A DNA stretch of 43,929 bases from Candidatus Aminicenantales bacterium (GTDB taxonomy: Bacteria; Acidobacteriota; Aminicenantia; Aminicenantales; Saccharicenantaceae). Positions 17,828 to 27,525 of this stretch are shown here, piece after piece (position 1 is the stretch's first letter; every line of letters starts with the position of its first letter). Made by a program: the position numbers and the translations under genes. Location of the stretch: the NCBI GenBank assembly GCA_049512315.1, contig JBEKXF010000028.1, positions 1 through 43,929 on the forward strand. Direction: 5' to 3'. The notes under the pieces were generated by a model. The model ran no database searches, was not told where the DNA came from, and saw nothing but the letters and a program-made list of their open reading frames with translations.

Positions 17828-19444
17828 TTACATGAATAAAAACTGATGATCGGCCACACCGATATCGATAGCCTGGTCGAGTTTATCCATGAAAGCGGCG
17901 CCGTATTTTATTAAGTACGGCACGATGTTGAAGACCCTTTCTTGGAGGCGCTGGTTCGGGAAGAGGTTGTCGACGGCTTTGTGGAGCTGCTGGACCGCGA
18001 TGTCATTCCGCTTCGTGGCCGCCTGCTGCACCTTTTTTTCCATGAAGTTCAACTGTTGGTTCATTTTCCCCTTGGCAAGATCGACGGATTCGGCCAACCC
18101 GGAGTCGAAGGCGAGGATCTCCGCTTTCAGGGAGGCATAGTCCCGCTCGAGGTCGTCTCGGACAAGGAGCAGGGCCTTGCCCACGGAATCGGGGATATCT
18201 TCCTTGGTGATCTCCCCGATCGTCCCGGGTGCGTTACGCCAGAGGTCCGGGATTTTCAATTGATATTTCTTCAGGATATGATCGATCTTCTTTTCGATGA
18301 TGGTCACACTCTTTCGCGGATAGATCACGGGCATCGGCACTCCGAACATTTCGTAAACGCCTTTCATCTGGCCAAAATAAGCGATTTCCGAAGGGCCGGC
18401 GACGTAAGCGACCGTGGGCAAAACGGCGTCTTGATAGATTGGACGCAGAAGGACATTCGGGCTGAACAGGAACGGCTTTTCTTTCGCCAGCCGGAGGAGA
18501 GCCTCTTTCGTATTTAACGACGGAAGGCCTTTGATGTCGAATGCGCCCTCCTTCCATTGGATGGCGTGGCGTTCCCGCTCCATATAGAACAGATTAAGGA
18601 TCCCCTCGTGGAGGGGAATTTGCGCCTCGTATCCGGCCTGACGAAGCCGCGCGGACGCGGTGACGGCCTGCCGGGTCGAGGGAGATTCTTCGGCGATCTC
18701 GCTATAAAAGACATCGCGCCCCATCTCTTTCAGGCGGGGATGGCCGGCGTCGATAAGGATCAACCCGTGAGACCTGAACAGGTGGGTCATCCAGCGGCCG
18801 AACGCTTCGACATATGAGCGGCCGGGCTCGTAGGCTTCGCTTAATAGATCTAGGATATCCGCCTTGAATTCAGTGTCCAGGGTCAAGTCCTTGAGCTGCT
18901 CGAGGCAATCGCCGATTTCCTGGGGCAGCGGGATGTTCGAGACGGGAACTTTTGATTCGCGCAGGGGCGTTTGGCACCGGATTTCCCGGAGCCGGTTCTC
19001 CTTGTCCATGAGGGCGATATGATCGATCTCCGCCAGATCGGAATCGTCCGAGGCCAGCCAAAATACCGGCACGAAAGCGCCGGGACCGCGACGGTTGAGA
19101 GCGTCCGAAAGCTTGATCGCGGTCAGCGCTTTATAGATCGTGTAGAGCGGTCCGGAAAAAAGCCCAACCTGCTGACCGGTGACCACGGCACAGGCTTCAT
19201 TTCGGACGATTCTCTCGATGGCGCTGAGAGTCTCGGGCCCGCAGCCGTAACATCCGTTTTGTTCGGTCAGGACCTCGGCCAGCGCTTCCCGGGCGATTTG
19301 GCGCGACCGGACTCTTTCGGCCTGGCGCTCGAAAGAGGCGGGCTCCCGGAAGTCGCCGTTGTAGAACTCGCGCACCTTGCCAAAGTCATAGATGTAATCA
19401 TCGACCAGGGGGGGAAGATGCATATGTCGTGCGGGGGCGGTCAT
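17828..19444 (-). CDS. bshC: bacillithiol biosynthesis cysteine-adding enzyme
   Basis: VVTGQQVGLFSGPLYTIYK, PVFWLASDD.D..EI, FSPNVLLRP, GPSEIAY, LQERVFN. Confidence 0.93.
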   Translation of the reverse strand: MTAPARHMHLPPLVDDYIYDFGKVREFYNGDFREPASFERQAERVRSRQIAREALAEVLTEQNGCYGCGPETLSAIERIVRNEACAVVTGQQVGLFSGPLYTIYKALTAIKLSDALNRRGPGAFVPVFWLASDDSDLAEIDHIALMDKENRLREIRCQTPLRESKVPVSNIPLPQEIGDCLEQLKDLTLDTEFKADILDLLSEAYEPGRSYVEAFGRWMTHLFRSHGLILIDAGHPRLKEMGRDVFYSEIAEESPSTRQAVTASARLRQAGYEAQIPLHEGILNLFYMERERHAIQWKEGAFDIKGLPSLNTKEALLRLAKEKPFLFSPNVLLRPIYQDAVLPTVAYVAGPSEIAYFGQMKGVYEMFGVPMPVIYPRKSVTIIEKKIDHILKKYQLKIPDLWRNAPGTIGEITKEDIPDSVGKALLLVRDDLERDYASLKAEILAFDSGLAESVDLAKGKMNQQLNFMEKKVQQAATKRNDIAVQQLHKAVDNLFPNQRLQERVFNIVPYLIKYGAAFMDKLDQAIDIGVADHQFLFM

Positions 19445-19579
19445 CTACTTAAAAGCTCTGGTCAAGAGGTAGAAAAGCAGGATTTGGAGCGACAGGTTCA
19501 GCAGGACGGCGGCGTACAGACGGCCCCATGACGAGAAGAAGGGAGGCCGCTCCTGCTCGCCCTTACTTTTTTCCGTCAG
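19445..19579 (-). CDS. small single-TM membrane protein (44 aa; non-ATG start), missed by the ORF track
   Basis: (L)TEKSKGEQERPPFFSSWGRLYAAVLLNLSLQILLFYLLTRAFK*. Its stop abuts the bshC ATG. Only CTG codons (19579 or 19591) are available as starts after an upstream in-frame TGA. Confidence 0.65.
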   Translation of the reverse strand: MTEKSKGEQERPPFFSSWGRLYAAVLLNLSLQILLFYLLTRAFK

Positions 19580-22073
19580 GTGGTTTTTCAGTGGTTTTCC
19601 CCGCCGAGATCATATTGGCGAAAAGCCGAAACGCGCCCGGCACGCCCGCCGGCAGCTGCCGGAACCAGGCGTAGGCGGTGTAGACAAATACCCCCTTCCC
19701 ATAACGGGCGTAGAGCAGGCCGCCCTTTTTGTCCAGCTCGCCGGGGTCGTGGCAGGCCAGGACCGTCTCGTATTTTTCGTCCCACTGGGAGGCAAAATAC
19801 AAGCCCCGCTCCTGGATCCAGCCTTCAAAATCTTTCGGCGTGATCTTGTTCGGAATGTTCAGCAGCGGATGATCGGGAGCCAGAAAGACCACCGGAGCGT
19901 TTTCGACGCTCACCCGGTCCCTCCCGATGGTGAAGGGATAAGGCCCGATGCGGCTGGCCAGCGAACCGGAGGCCACGTTATACTGGACGACGAGTGTCCC
20001 GCCATGGTCGACGTACTGGAGGAGCTTCTCGTTCATGAGCTTGAGGACGTCTCGCGTGTTGTAAGCTCTGACGCCGGTTATGATCGAGTCGAATGGGGAG
20101 AGATCCGCGTTTTCGAGCATCTCGTCGTTCAACGGAACGACATCGTAGCCGAGATTTTGGAGGGCCTTGGGGACTTCGTCCCCCGCCCCCATGATATAGC
20201 CGATTTTTTTCCCGTTCGTTTTGATATCCAGCTTGACAACTTTGAACCGGCTGTCCGGAAAATAGACTTGACGGTGAATGTGGGGGTAGGAGATTTCGAC
20301 CAGCTCGCGGCTTATTTTTTCACTCCCGATATCGGCTTCCGCCGTGAGGTCGGCCTCGTCGGCGGATTCCGGTGGGGCCACGTCAAACGTGACCTCGAGC
20401 TCTTCATACTTGTCCGCCATGGAAAAAGGAAGGCTCGCCGGGCTGATCTTCCATTGATCCGGTCCTTTGAGCCGGACCTGGCCGGTGACATTCGGGGAGT
20501 GGCTCTTCAGCCTGAGCCTGATTTTTTTGGAATTTTCGCCGGCGAAGATCTGGACCTTATCCTCGACCTGGATGGTCAGGCGCGGCCTGACCTCGAAAGG
20601 CCGCAAGAGTTCTCCGTTCACCTGGTCCGTCCAGCGGAAGATCAGGGGGATCGAGTAATCCAGGAGCTTTCCGTCGGAGGCCAGGCTGATTTTGGCGCTG
20701 ATGTCCGGAGGGTTTTCCGCAAGCCCGATGAGATTCTGGTCCCCGACCGAAAAGAGCCCTTCTTGGTGTGAGGCCTCCAGCCAATAGGGTTGGGACAGCG
20801 GAAAATCCTTCGGGATGCGCAGGGTATTTTCGATGACGACGGGCTCATTACTGTTTAGGGACTGTTCGAGGATCGCATCAGGCCCCAGTTTTGGGAAGCC
20901 CAGGCTATGAATGGTGAAGAGGTGGTCGGACCGGTTGATGATCGTCGTTTTGACGTGAATGTCGTCTCCCGGGGCCGCCGCGAAATCACCGGCCACGGCC
21001 TCCATCCAGATGCCGCCGCAAGCCTGGATGACGCGGGCCAGTTCTTCTCTTTTGAGCCGGGCCCAATTTTCATCCGGGAGTTTGGCCAATTCTTCATAAA
21101 CGGCCAGCAGGCCGCGGATGGATTTTGAGGGATGCCCCGGATCAAACGACCGCAGACTTTCGGCCAGCAGGAGACCCGCTTTGTGTCCGCCAGGGACGCG
21201 ATTCCAGGTGATGTCGATCCCTTCGAAAAGGTCGTTCTTCGCCGGCTCCCCGGCCAGGAGCTCGAAATAATCATACTGGGTCCCCCGCCGCCCGGCCGAG
21301 CCGAATCCCTGGCTCTTATGCTGGGAGCGGCCCTCTCCGGCCATCTCCGAGTACGATTTTCCCAGCAGGGGATTATATTCCCCCGTGTTGACCCGCAGAA
21401 TGTTCCGGCTTTCATCCTTGGACTGGGGGAAGCTGTTCCAGAACAGTCGCCTGGCTTTCCAGGGCGACACGTATTTCAATTGTTCGGGGAACCTCGTCGG
21501 GTCGGCGGCGGCCGTAAAGGCCTCCTGGGTTAATATCGCGGACGCTCTGTGGTGGCCGTGCCCGCCGGAGTTATCCGCAGTAAAACGGGTGATGATCACG
21601 TCGGGCCGGAACTTCCGGATCACCCAGACGATATCCGCCAGAATTTTGTCCCTCCCCCAAAACTCAAATGTTTCCTCGGCGGTCTTGGAATAACCGAAAT
21701 CGACGGCGCGAGTAAAATATTGTTCGGCTCCGTCGATCCGGCGGGCCGAGAGGAGCTCCTGGGTCCGGATCATGCCGATTTCGGCGCCCTGCTCCGGACC
21801 GATCAGATTCTGGCCGCCCTCGCCGCGAGTGAGCGACAGATAGGCCGTCCGGCACATTCGTCCCTTCGAGAAATAGGACAGGACGGCCGTGTTCTCATCA
21901 TCCGGATGAGCGGCCACATAGAGGACGCTGCCAAGGACGTTGAGCTTGTGAAGGGCGATTTCCAAGTCCGCGGAGCTGACGATCCCGCCCGGCTGAGCCT
22001 GGGCATGAATGCTGGGAAACAGAGCCAATCCCACGACCATAGTCATGAGCTTTTTTAAGATAGTCCCTCTCAT
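19563..22073 (-). CDS. large secreted PIG-L/LmbE-family deacetylase with C-terminal Ig-like and GATase-like domains
   Basis: AAHPDDE, LTRGEGGQN, IRTQEL, HGHH, RSQHKSQGFG; signal peptide; C-terminal GYIMGAGD...GWIQERGLY...RQLPAGVPGA. Confidence 0.88.
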   Translation of the reverse strand: MRGTILKKLMTMVVGLALFPSIHAQAQPGGIVSSADLEIALHKLNVLGSVLYVAAHPDDENTAVLSYFSKGRMCRTAYLSLTRGEGGQNLIGPEQGAEIGMIRTQELLSARRIDGAEQYFTRAVDFGYSKTAEETFEFWGRDKILADIVWVIRKFRPDVIITRFTADNSGGHGHHRASAILTQEAFTAAADPTRFPEQLKYVSPWKARRLFWNSFPQSKDESRNILRVNTGEYNPLLGKSYSEMAGEGRSQHKSQGFGSAGRRGTQYDYFELLAGEPAKNDLFEGIDITWNRVPGGHKAGLLLAESLRSFDPGHPSKSIRGLLAVYEELAKLPDENWARLKREELARVIQACGGIWMEAVAGDFAAAPGDDIHVKTTIINRSDHLFTIHSLGFPKLGPDAILEQSLNSNEPVVIENTLRIPKDFPLSQPYWLEASHQEGLFSVGDQNLIGLAENPPDISAKISLASDGKLLDYSIPLIFRWTDQVNGELLRPFEVRPRLTIQVEDKVQIFAGENSKKIRLRLKSHSPNVTGQVRLKGPDQWKISPASLPFSMADKYEELEVTFDVAPPESADEADLTAEADIGSEKISRELVEISYPHIHRQVYFPDSRFKVVKLDIKTNGKKIGYIMGAGDEVPKALQNLGYDVVPLNDEMLENADLSPFDSIITGVRAYNTRDVLKLMNEKLLQYVDHGGTLVVQYNVASGSLASRIGPYPFTIGRDRVSVENAPVVFLAPDHPLLNIPNKITPKDFEGWIQERGLYFASQWDEKYETVLACHDPGELDKKGGLLYARYGKGVFVYTAYAWFRQLPAGVPGAFRLFANMISAGKTTEKPPDGKK

Positions 22074-22128
22074 AGGCCGCAATTTATCTGCGCCTTAGGA
22101 AAGCCGTCCCGGGAATCCCTGCCGCCGG

Positions 22129-22713
22129 TTATTGCGCCAACTGAATCTTCAAGGGGACTTTCAGTTCTTCCCAGTGGAGGTAGGCGGTCGCCGATGTCCC
22201 CGCCAAGTCATCAAACCCGAACATCAACCACTCCTGGTAGGGGGCTTTTGCGGGAGTGACCGTGACGCGGAGGGCATCCTCGTCCTGGTTATAGGCAAAG
22301 CTTCCCCAGGCGGAGTTGTTCTTGCTGAAGATGACGGTCCATTCTTTTTCCCCGGGGATCATATGGATGCCGTACTTTCCGGCGGGAAGGGGTTTCCCCT
22401 CAACGAGGACGTCTTTTTTGAATTCAATGGTGGTGTTCTGATTGGCTCCGGCCCTCCAGGGATAGGGTTTGTCCTTGGAGTATTTGTCCCCGGGATTCAT
22501 ACCGTACGGTACCAGGCCGCCCCATATTTTCCGTCCCTTGACGCCCGGCCGGCTGTAGTCGATAGTGATATCGCCATCGGTTCCCAATCTTTGCGTCACA
22601 CTGGCTTTCAGGCTCGCCGGGACTTTATTTCCCTGGGCGAGAGACGGGGAAGGCAGCACCAGGAGAAGAGCCAGGACCAGGACAAGACCAAATGTCAGGC
22701 CAAAACGTTTCAT
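22129..22713 (-). CDS. DUF2911 domain secreted protein
   Basis: YSRPGVKGRKIWG.LVPY, WRAGANQNT, WGSFAY, WEE. ATG 22713 follows GGAGGA. Confidence 0.85.
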   Translation of the reverse strand: MKRFGLTFGLVLVLALLLVLPSPSLAQGNKVPASLKASVTQRLGTDGDITIDYSRPGVKGRKIWGGLVPYGMNPGDKYSKDKPYPWRAGANQNTTIEFKKDVLVEGKPLPAGKYGIHMIPGEKEWTVIFSKNNSAWGSFAYNQDEDALRVTVTPAKAPYQEWLMFGFDDLAGTSATAYLHWEELKVPLKIQLAQ

Positions 22714-22884
22714 GGTTTCCTCCATCAATATGTTTAGAAATAGTCTTGTCTATTATAGCCGAATTGGGGCTATAAAAGAATTCCCTGCGCTTCGGAGGCA
22801 GTTTGCTCCCGGCTATTGGGATAAGAAACTGCTTTTTTGCTGCGATAGCTATATAGATGTTCATGGACCGATGTTGCCCCACCC

Positions 22885-23038
22885 GGAAGTGTCAGATATT
22901 CTGTGTAAATCCCTTCTTCGCATTTAAGCTCGCTCACCCAAACGGTCGCCAAAATAAATCATCAGTCAAGAGCCCATGGAACCTCCTTGATTCATTTTAC
23001 CCATTCAAGGAGGTTTACACAGCATTCCTTACAATCTC
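22885..23038 (+). mobile_element. MITE-like element with IS256-type terminal inverted repeats, copy A
   Basis: 154 bp. Ends GGAAGTGTCAGATATTCTGTGTAAA and (reverse complement) GAGATTGTAAGGAATGCTGTGTAAA. Inverted homolog at 38383-38539. No transposase. Confidence 0.7.
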
Positions 23039-23042
23039 AATA

Positions 23043-23249
23043 CTGGACTGAAAGTCCAGAAGGCGGATCTCAGAGGGCTTCTTTTAAAGGCTTATTTTTG
23101 AATGTGTTAGAGGTCTGAGCTTAATGACAGATTCTGTGGGGGTGTCGACTTCTTGTCGTCTTGGCCTGAGATTTCTCGCGTTTTCCGTCGAATTTTGGTA
23201 GTGAAAAACTCACATTATGGGTAGACCATTTTTCAGGGATGAACTCCCT
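23043..23249. repeat. anticodon-arm remnant plus ~150-bp element-end sequence homologous to 33018-33225
   Basis: CTGGA-7 nt-TCCAG (23043-23059). About 45 nt later come GTGTCGACTT..TGTCGT.TTGG, AAACTCAC and TTTTTCAGGG...TCCCT in the same order and spacing as after copy 5. Confidence 0.65.
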
Positions 23250-23272
23250 GATCAGGCACCGGCCGAACAGCC

Positions 23273-24391
23273 TCAAACCTTGAAGAATATCTTATGGCGA
23301 TAGAGGAACCTCAGCCCCAGCCACTTCACCGCCAAAGTGCCTATGGGAAGGAGGACAAGGCCGATGGCCCCTGCTTTATGGGCGACGCCAGAAACGAAAA
23401 AACCCGAGATCTTGTCAAAATCTATGACCTCCTGTCCGAAATAGACCAGGATCGCGTTCGTCCCTATGACGATGAAGAAAAAGGCCCATTTGGCGCGGCC
23501 CTTGACATCGATGACCCAGTAGAACACGGCCAGCAGGAGCAAGCACCAGCCGCCCGCCCAAAGCACATACGAGCTTGTCCAGATATGCTTGATGATCGGA
23601 AAGACGGTGCCCCAAAGGTATCCTATTCCAAGGCACAGGATTCCACTCCCGGCCAGGCCGAACATTTTCGTCTTGGCGCTTCTCTCCGATTTCAGCCAGT
23701 ATCCGGCGAATACCCCCAACAGCAGTGAGCATGCGGCTGCTAGGGTCGACAGGACCCCCAGGCTGTCGCCGGGTCCATAGAATTCTGCGGATATTCTTCC
23801 CGGCAGCACCTCCTGATCGATGAACGAGTGGAGGGATCCCTCCGGCGTCATGCTCCCCGCTCCGAAGTGAGGAACAGGAATGAGCGCCAGCGCCGCCCAA
23901 TATAGCAACAAGACCCCGACGAAGACCCCGGCCTGCGTCCGTTTTTTCGTATTGAGGACCAGGATCGAGACGAGAAAATAACACACCCCGATCCGCTGAA
24001 GGACGCCCGTCCACCGCATGTTCGCGAAATTGAGATCCAGCAGCCCGCCCGCGACGAGGCCCAGCAGGATCAGGATGAGCGTCCGCCTAGCGATATGAAC
24101 GTAAAGGCGCTTTTTGCTTTCGCCCTTTTCGGCCTGTTTCAAGAGCGAAAATGGCATCACCGCGCCGATGATGAAAAGGAATAGCGGGAAGATCAGGTCA
24201 TAAAAGGTAAAACCCGCCCAGGGATTATGTTCGACCTGCCGGGCCAGAAGCCGGGTCAGAGGGGCATCCTTGATCGCCGGCAGGCTTCGGCATATCGCGT
24301 CCCCGCCGATGATCCAGAACATGTCGAATCCGCGCAGGGCATCGAGCGATGCGATCCTGCTGCCGAGCGGTTTTTTCGTAGGACTTTCCAT
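23273..24391 (-). CDS. heparan-alpha-glucosaminide N-acetyltransferase-like membrane protein (NagX/DUF5009)
   Basis: RIASLDALRGFDMFWI, DLIFPLFLF, GVLQRIG, PIIKHIWTSSYVL, GTNAI. Confidence 0.88.
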   Translation of the reverse strand: MESPTKKPLGSRIASLDALRGFDMFWIIGGDAICRSLPAIKDAPLTRLLARQVEHNPWAGFTFYDLIFPLFLFIIGAVMPFSLLKQAEKGESKKRLYVHIARRTLILILLGLVAGGLLDLNFANMRWTGVLQRIGVCYFLVSILVLNTKKRTQAGVFVGVLLLYWAALALIPVPHFGAGSMTPEGSLHSFIDQEVLPGRISAEFYGPGDSLGVLSTLAAACSLLLGVFAGYWLKSERSAKTKMFGLAGSGILCLGIGYLWGTVFPIIKHIWTSSYVLWAGGWCLLLLAVFYWVIDVKGRAKWAFFFIVIGTNAILVYFGQEVIDFDKISGFFVSGVAHKAGAIGLVLLPIGTLAVKWLGLRFLYRHKIFFKV

Positions 24392-24402
24392 CTGCAGGCC
24401 TC

Positions 24403-26112
24403 CTATCGTGCCGCTTCTCTTGCGGGGTCTGCGCTTGTCCGGGCCGTCGACTTTTCCAGAGCCGCCTCGATGGAATCATATATCCACTGCATGATCTCTT
24501 TCGTTCTCGAGGGCTTCATCCGGGCGGAATAGGCCGCCTCCGTTTCCCGTCGCAGCGCCTGGAGTCTTTCGAGTATCCGCTTGGCTTCAGCCTTGATCCC
24601 GGCCTGCCCTCCCTCGATCTTGTTCTTCAAAAGGATCCTGCCTGCTTCGGCCCTGTTGATAAGATTCCTGGCCGCGAGATCCCAGAATTCGAGCTCCTGC
24701 CGGCCATTTTTGACGACCTTCAAATACTCGCCGAACGCCACCAAACCCTTGCGATATTCTTCGAGCCTCGTCTCGCAGGCCTTCAGCTCCTTCTCGAGCT
24801 CCCCGTTTTTCGCGATTTCGTCAAGCCTGTTCGCGACGTACTCTTTCGGGGCCGGCCTCGCGTCTTTGAAAAATCCGAGGTCCGCGGCGTAATTGAACAG
24901 GCCTCGTTCCGCGAGCAGGCCCGCGGCCGCGAAAAACCGAGTATCATCGACCCCGAAATGTTTCCGCACATAGGACAACTGATAGGATTCCAAATCGCCA
25001 TTCGGATTGTTGACGATAAAATTCGGCAGGTCCATCGACGTTCCCTGAAGCTCCCACGGGAAAAGGTGGACCGTCCAGCTTGTTAAGGCTGCCCCTTTGC
25101 GTTTCCCCGACATGCCTTTACGGAACGAATCGAACGTATTCCTCATGTGGAAAAACGTGCGGGGAGCAAAAACGCTATCTCCGTAGCAGCTCGAGCTCGG
25201 GCAGATGACGACGTCGAGACCGCGGGCCTCGAGATAATCCGCGGTATAAAAGGGGTCCGGGTCCCGTCCCGGTTCGATACCGAACGGGTAGAGATACGCG
25301 CCGAACCGCTCGAGTGTCCCCTCGTCGAGGTCATCCTTCCCCCGGCTCCCCTGACCCCAGACTTGGATCTCCCCGCTCCCGTAATATCTGTCGTACAGCC
25401 AGTCGAAAATCATAACCTTCTTGGAGAGCTTGTCCAGGGCCTCCGGGTGATGGAGGATCATGTCGCCCCAGATGATCGGCCGGATCCCTTTTTCGGTCAA
25501 GATCTGACTCACCGCGTTGATGTGGCTTATATAGAGCTCCGAAAGCGAACGCTCTTTGGCGTAGGCGGCGCATCGAGAGCACTGTCCCAGCGAATAGGCT
25601 TCATCAGCGCCGAGGTGAAAATATTTGATGTCTCCGAACACCTCCAGGTATTCCTGAGTCCATTTCCGCAAAAACGGCACGACCGCGGGATTCCGCGGGC
25701 AATACTGGTCGATCCTGTCCGGAAGCTCCGCCAGCTCCTTGTATTTCTCATTCTTCAGCACGTATTCGCAATGTCCGATCGTCTGGAGCAGGGGGATCGG
25801 CTCGAGTCCGAGCGTTCGGCTGTAGGCCAGGATGTCCTTGAACTCCTCTTTCGTGAAAGCGTCCGGCGAAACGCACTCCGGACACGTTTCCCACCTGATG
25901 TTGTTCTCGACTTCCCAGATGATCGTGTTGTAGCCCAGGCCGGCCAGCCTCTCCAGCTCTTGCTTCAAATATTCGCCTCTAAACTGGGCGATATTCATAT
26001 CAATATGAAAGCCGATGATTTTCGTTCCCGTCCGCTCCCGGCCGGCGCTGAAGACTAAAGTTGAAAAAACGAAGATCGTCATCAAGAATAATTGGATGGG
26101 TGGCCTGTTCAT
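24403..26112 (-). CDS. glycoside hydrolase family 20-like (hexosaminidase D-like), secreted
   Basis: GFHID, GYN.IIWE.E, IPLLQTIGH.EY.LK, HLGADEA catalytic motif, WGDM; signal peptide. Confidence 0.78.
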   Translation of the reverse strand: MNRPPIQLFLMTIFVFSTLVFSAGRERTGTKIIGFHIDMNIAQFRGEYLKQELERLAGLGYNTIIWEVENNIRWETCPECVSPDAFTKEEFKDILAYSRTLGLEPIPLLQTIGHCEYVLKNEKYKELAELPDRIDQYCPRNPAVVPFLRKWTQEYLEVFGDIKYFHLGADEAYSLGQCSRCAAYAKERSLSELYISHINAVSQILTEKGIRPIIWGDMILHHPEALDKLSKKVMIFDWLYDRYYGSGEIQVWGQGSRGKDDLDEGTLERFGAYLYPFGIEPGRDPDPFYTADYLEARGLDVVICPSSSCYGDSVFAPRTFFHMRNTFDSFRKGMSGKRKGAALTSWTVHLFPWELQGTSMDLPNFIVNNPNGDLESYQLSYVRKHFGVDDTRFFAAAGLLAERGLFNYAADLGFFKDARPAPKEYVANRLDEIAKNGELEKELKACETRLEEYRKGLVAFGEYLKVVKNGRQELEFWDLAARNLINRAEAGRILLKNKIEGGQAGIKAEAKRILERLQALRRETEAAYSARMKPSRTKEIMQWIYDSIEAALEKSTARTSADPAREAAR

Positions 26113-26200
26113 TTTTCCACTCCTCCCCGATACGATGGCAATATATCGCCGGCCGTCCGACGAAGTCAACATGCCAAAGCGGAGCGACCGGCGGAGCGGG

Positions 26201-26230
26201 TTGACAAGGCGTGGGAGCTCCGTCTAGAGT
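26201..26230 (+). promoter_or_regulatory. sigma70-like promoter for the five-gene plus-strand operon
   Basis: TTGACA, 18 nt, TAGAGT. Confidence 0.45.
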
Positions 26231-26267
26231 ATGGGCGGGACGGGCGTCGAAAGGAGCCGGACGGGCG

Positions 26268-27524
26268 ATGCGAACCGGGGAAGGGTCTTCGTCTTGGATC
26301 CAATCGCGGGGAGAATGGGCGCGGGAACTCCTTTGCCGGTTGATCGCCTTTCGCAGCACGACCGGCGCAGAACGTGATGTTCAGGAGTACCTGCTTGGCG
26401 TCCTGACGATCGCCGGTTTTCCCGCGGAGCTTGCCCCCGTCCCTGAAGACGTCGTGAGGGACGTGGACTACACGATAGTACCCGGCCACACGAGTTACCA
26501 AGGGCGGGCGAACATTCTGGTGAACCTGCCCGGTTCCGGCGGCGGGAGAAGCGCCATCATTAACTCGCACACCGACATCGTCCCCGGCCCTGATGAGCTG
26601 TTCAACGCCAGGTCCAAACACGGAGTCGTCTATGGTCGAGGCGCCTGCGACGCCAAGGGCCAGGTCCTGACCATCCTGCTCGCGCTTTCCGCTCTGAAAG
26701 GACTCGGCATCCGGCTCAAGGGAGACGTACAGGCGCAGTTTGTGATCGAGGAGGAGGCTGGCGGCAACGGTTCTCTTTCGGCCATCATCCAGGGACATCG
26801 GGCCGACGCCGCGGTCGTGTTCGAACCGACCGGCCTCAGCGTCTGTCCTACGAACCGCGGCGCCGTCTGGTACAAACTCGGCGTAACCGGCAGATCCGTT
26901 CATATGGGCAATTACCGGGAGGGCGTAAGCGCCGTCGATGAGATGCTGGGCCTTGTTTCGATCCTCAAAGAGTACGAGTCGTTTCTCAGAGACGAGTCGA
27001 AAGGCCATCCGCTGTTTTCCGACGATCCCAGCCCGGTCGTCGTGAACGTCGGGCAGATCCGGGGCGGCGATTGGCCCTCGACGGTCCCCGGAGAATGTGT
27101 CGTCGAGGGCGGCATTGGGTTTCTCCCAAATCGAAGGATCCAGCGGATCCAGGAAGAGCTCCGCGCCCTGATAGAGTCCAAAGCCACGCCCTGGGCGCGG
27201 GCCCACTACAGCTTTGAGTTCGCCCGGCTCCACAATGAGGCCTTTGAGACCCCGATCGGGCACCCGGCCGTCACGTGCTTTCACCGGGCCGCAGAATCGG
27301 TGCTGGGTCGTCAGAAGCTCATGGGCTGGGGGGCTTCTTGTGACGGGCGGCTGTTTTTCCACAGGGGGCAGATGCCGACGATCGTCTTCGGCCCCGGGGA
27401 CCTCGGCCACGCGCACTCGGAGGACGAGCAGATAAGTCTAGACGACATTCTCCGTGCCTCCGAGGTGCTCGTGAAGTTCCTCGTTGATTGGTGCGGTATC
27501 GAGGAGCGGAGGGAGGAGGCCTAA
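26268..27524 (+). CDS. M20A ArgE/DapE-family deacylase
   Basis: NSHTDIVP, GRGACDAKG, IEEE, FEPT, FGPG...AHSEDE. Confidence 0.85.
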   Translation: MRTGEGSSSWIQSRGEWARELLCRLIAFRSTTGAERDVQEYLLGVLTIAGFPAELAPVPEDVVRDVDYTIVPGHTSYQGRANILVNLPGSGGGRSAIINSHTDIVPGPDELFNARSKHGVVYGRGACDAKGQVLTILLALSALKGLGIRLKGDVQAQFVIEEEAGGNGSLSAIIQGHRADAAVVFEPTGLSVCPTNRGAVWYKLGVTGRSVHMGNYREGVSAVDEMLGLVSILKEYESFLRDESKGHPLFSDDPSPVVVNVGQIRGGDWPSTVPGECVVEGGIGFLPNRRIQRIQEELRALIESKATPWARAHYSFEFARLHNEAFETPIGHPAVTCFHRAAESVLGRQKLMGWGASCDGRLFFHRGQMPTIVFGPGDLGHAHSEDEQISLDDILRASEVLVKFLVDWCGIEERREEA

Positions 27525-27525
27525 G

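Noticed and set aside
22770..23051. Small ORFs with SELKCEEG and FKEVYT motifs (also 38376-38658)
   Set aside because: Translations of the MITE; they diverge immediately outside it.
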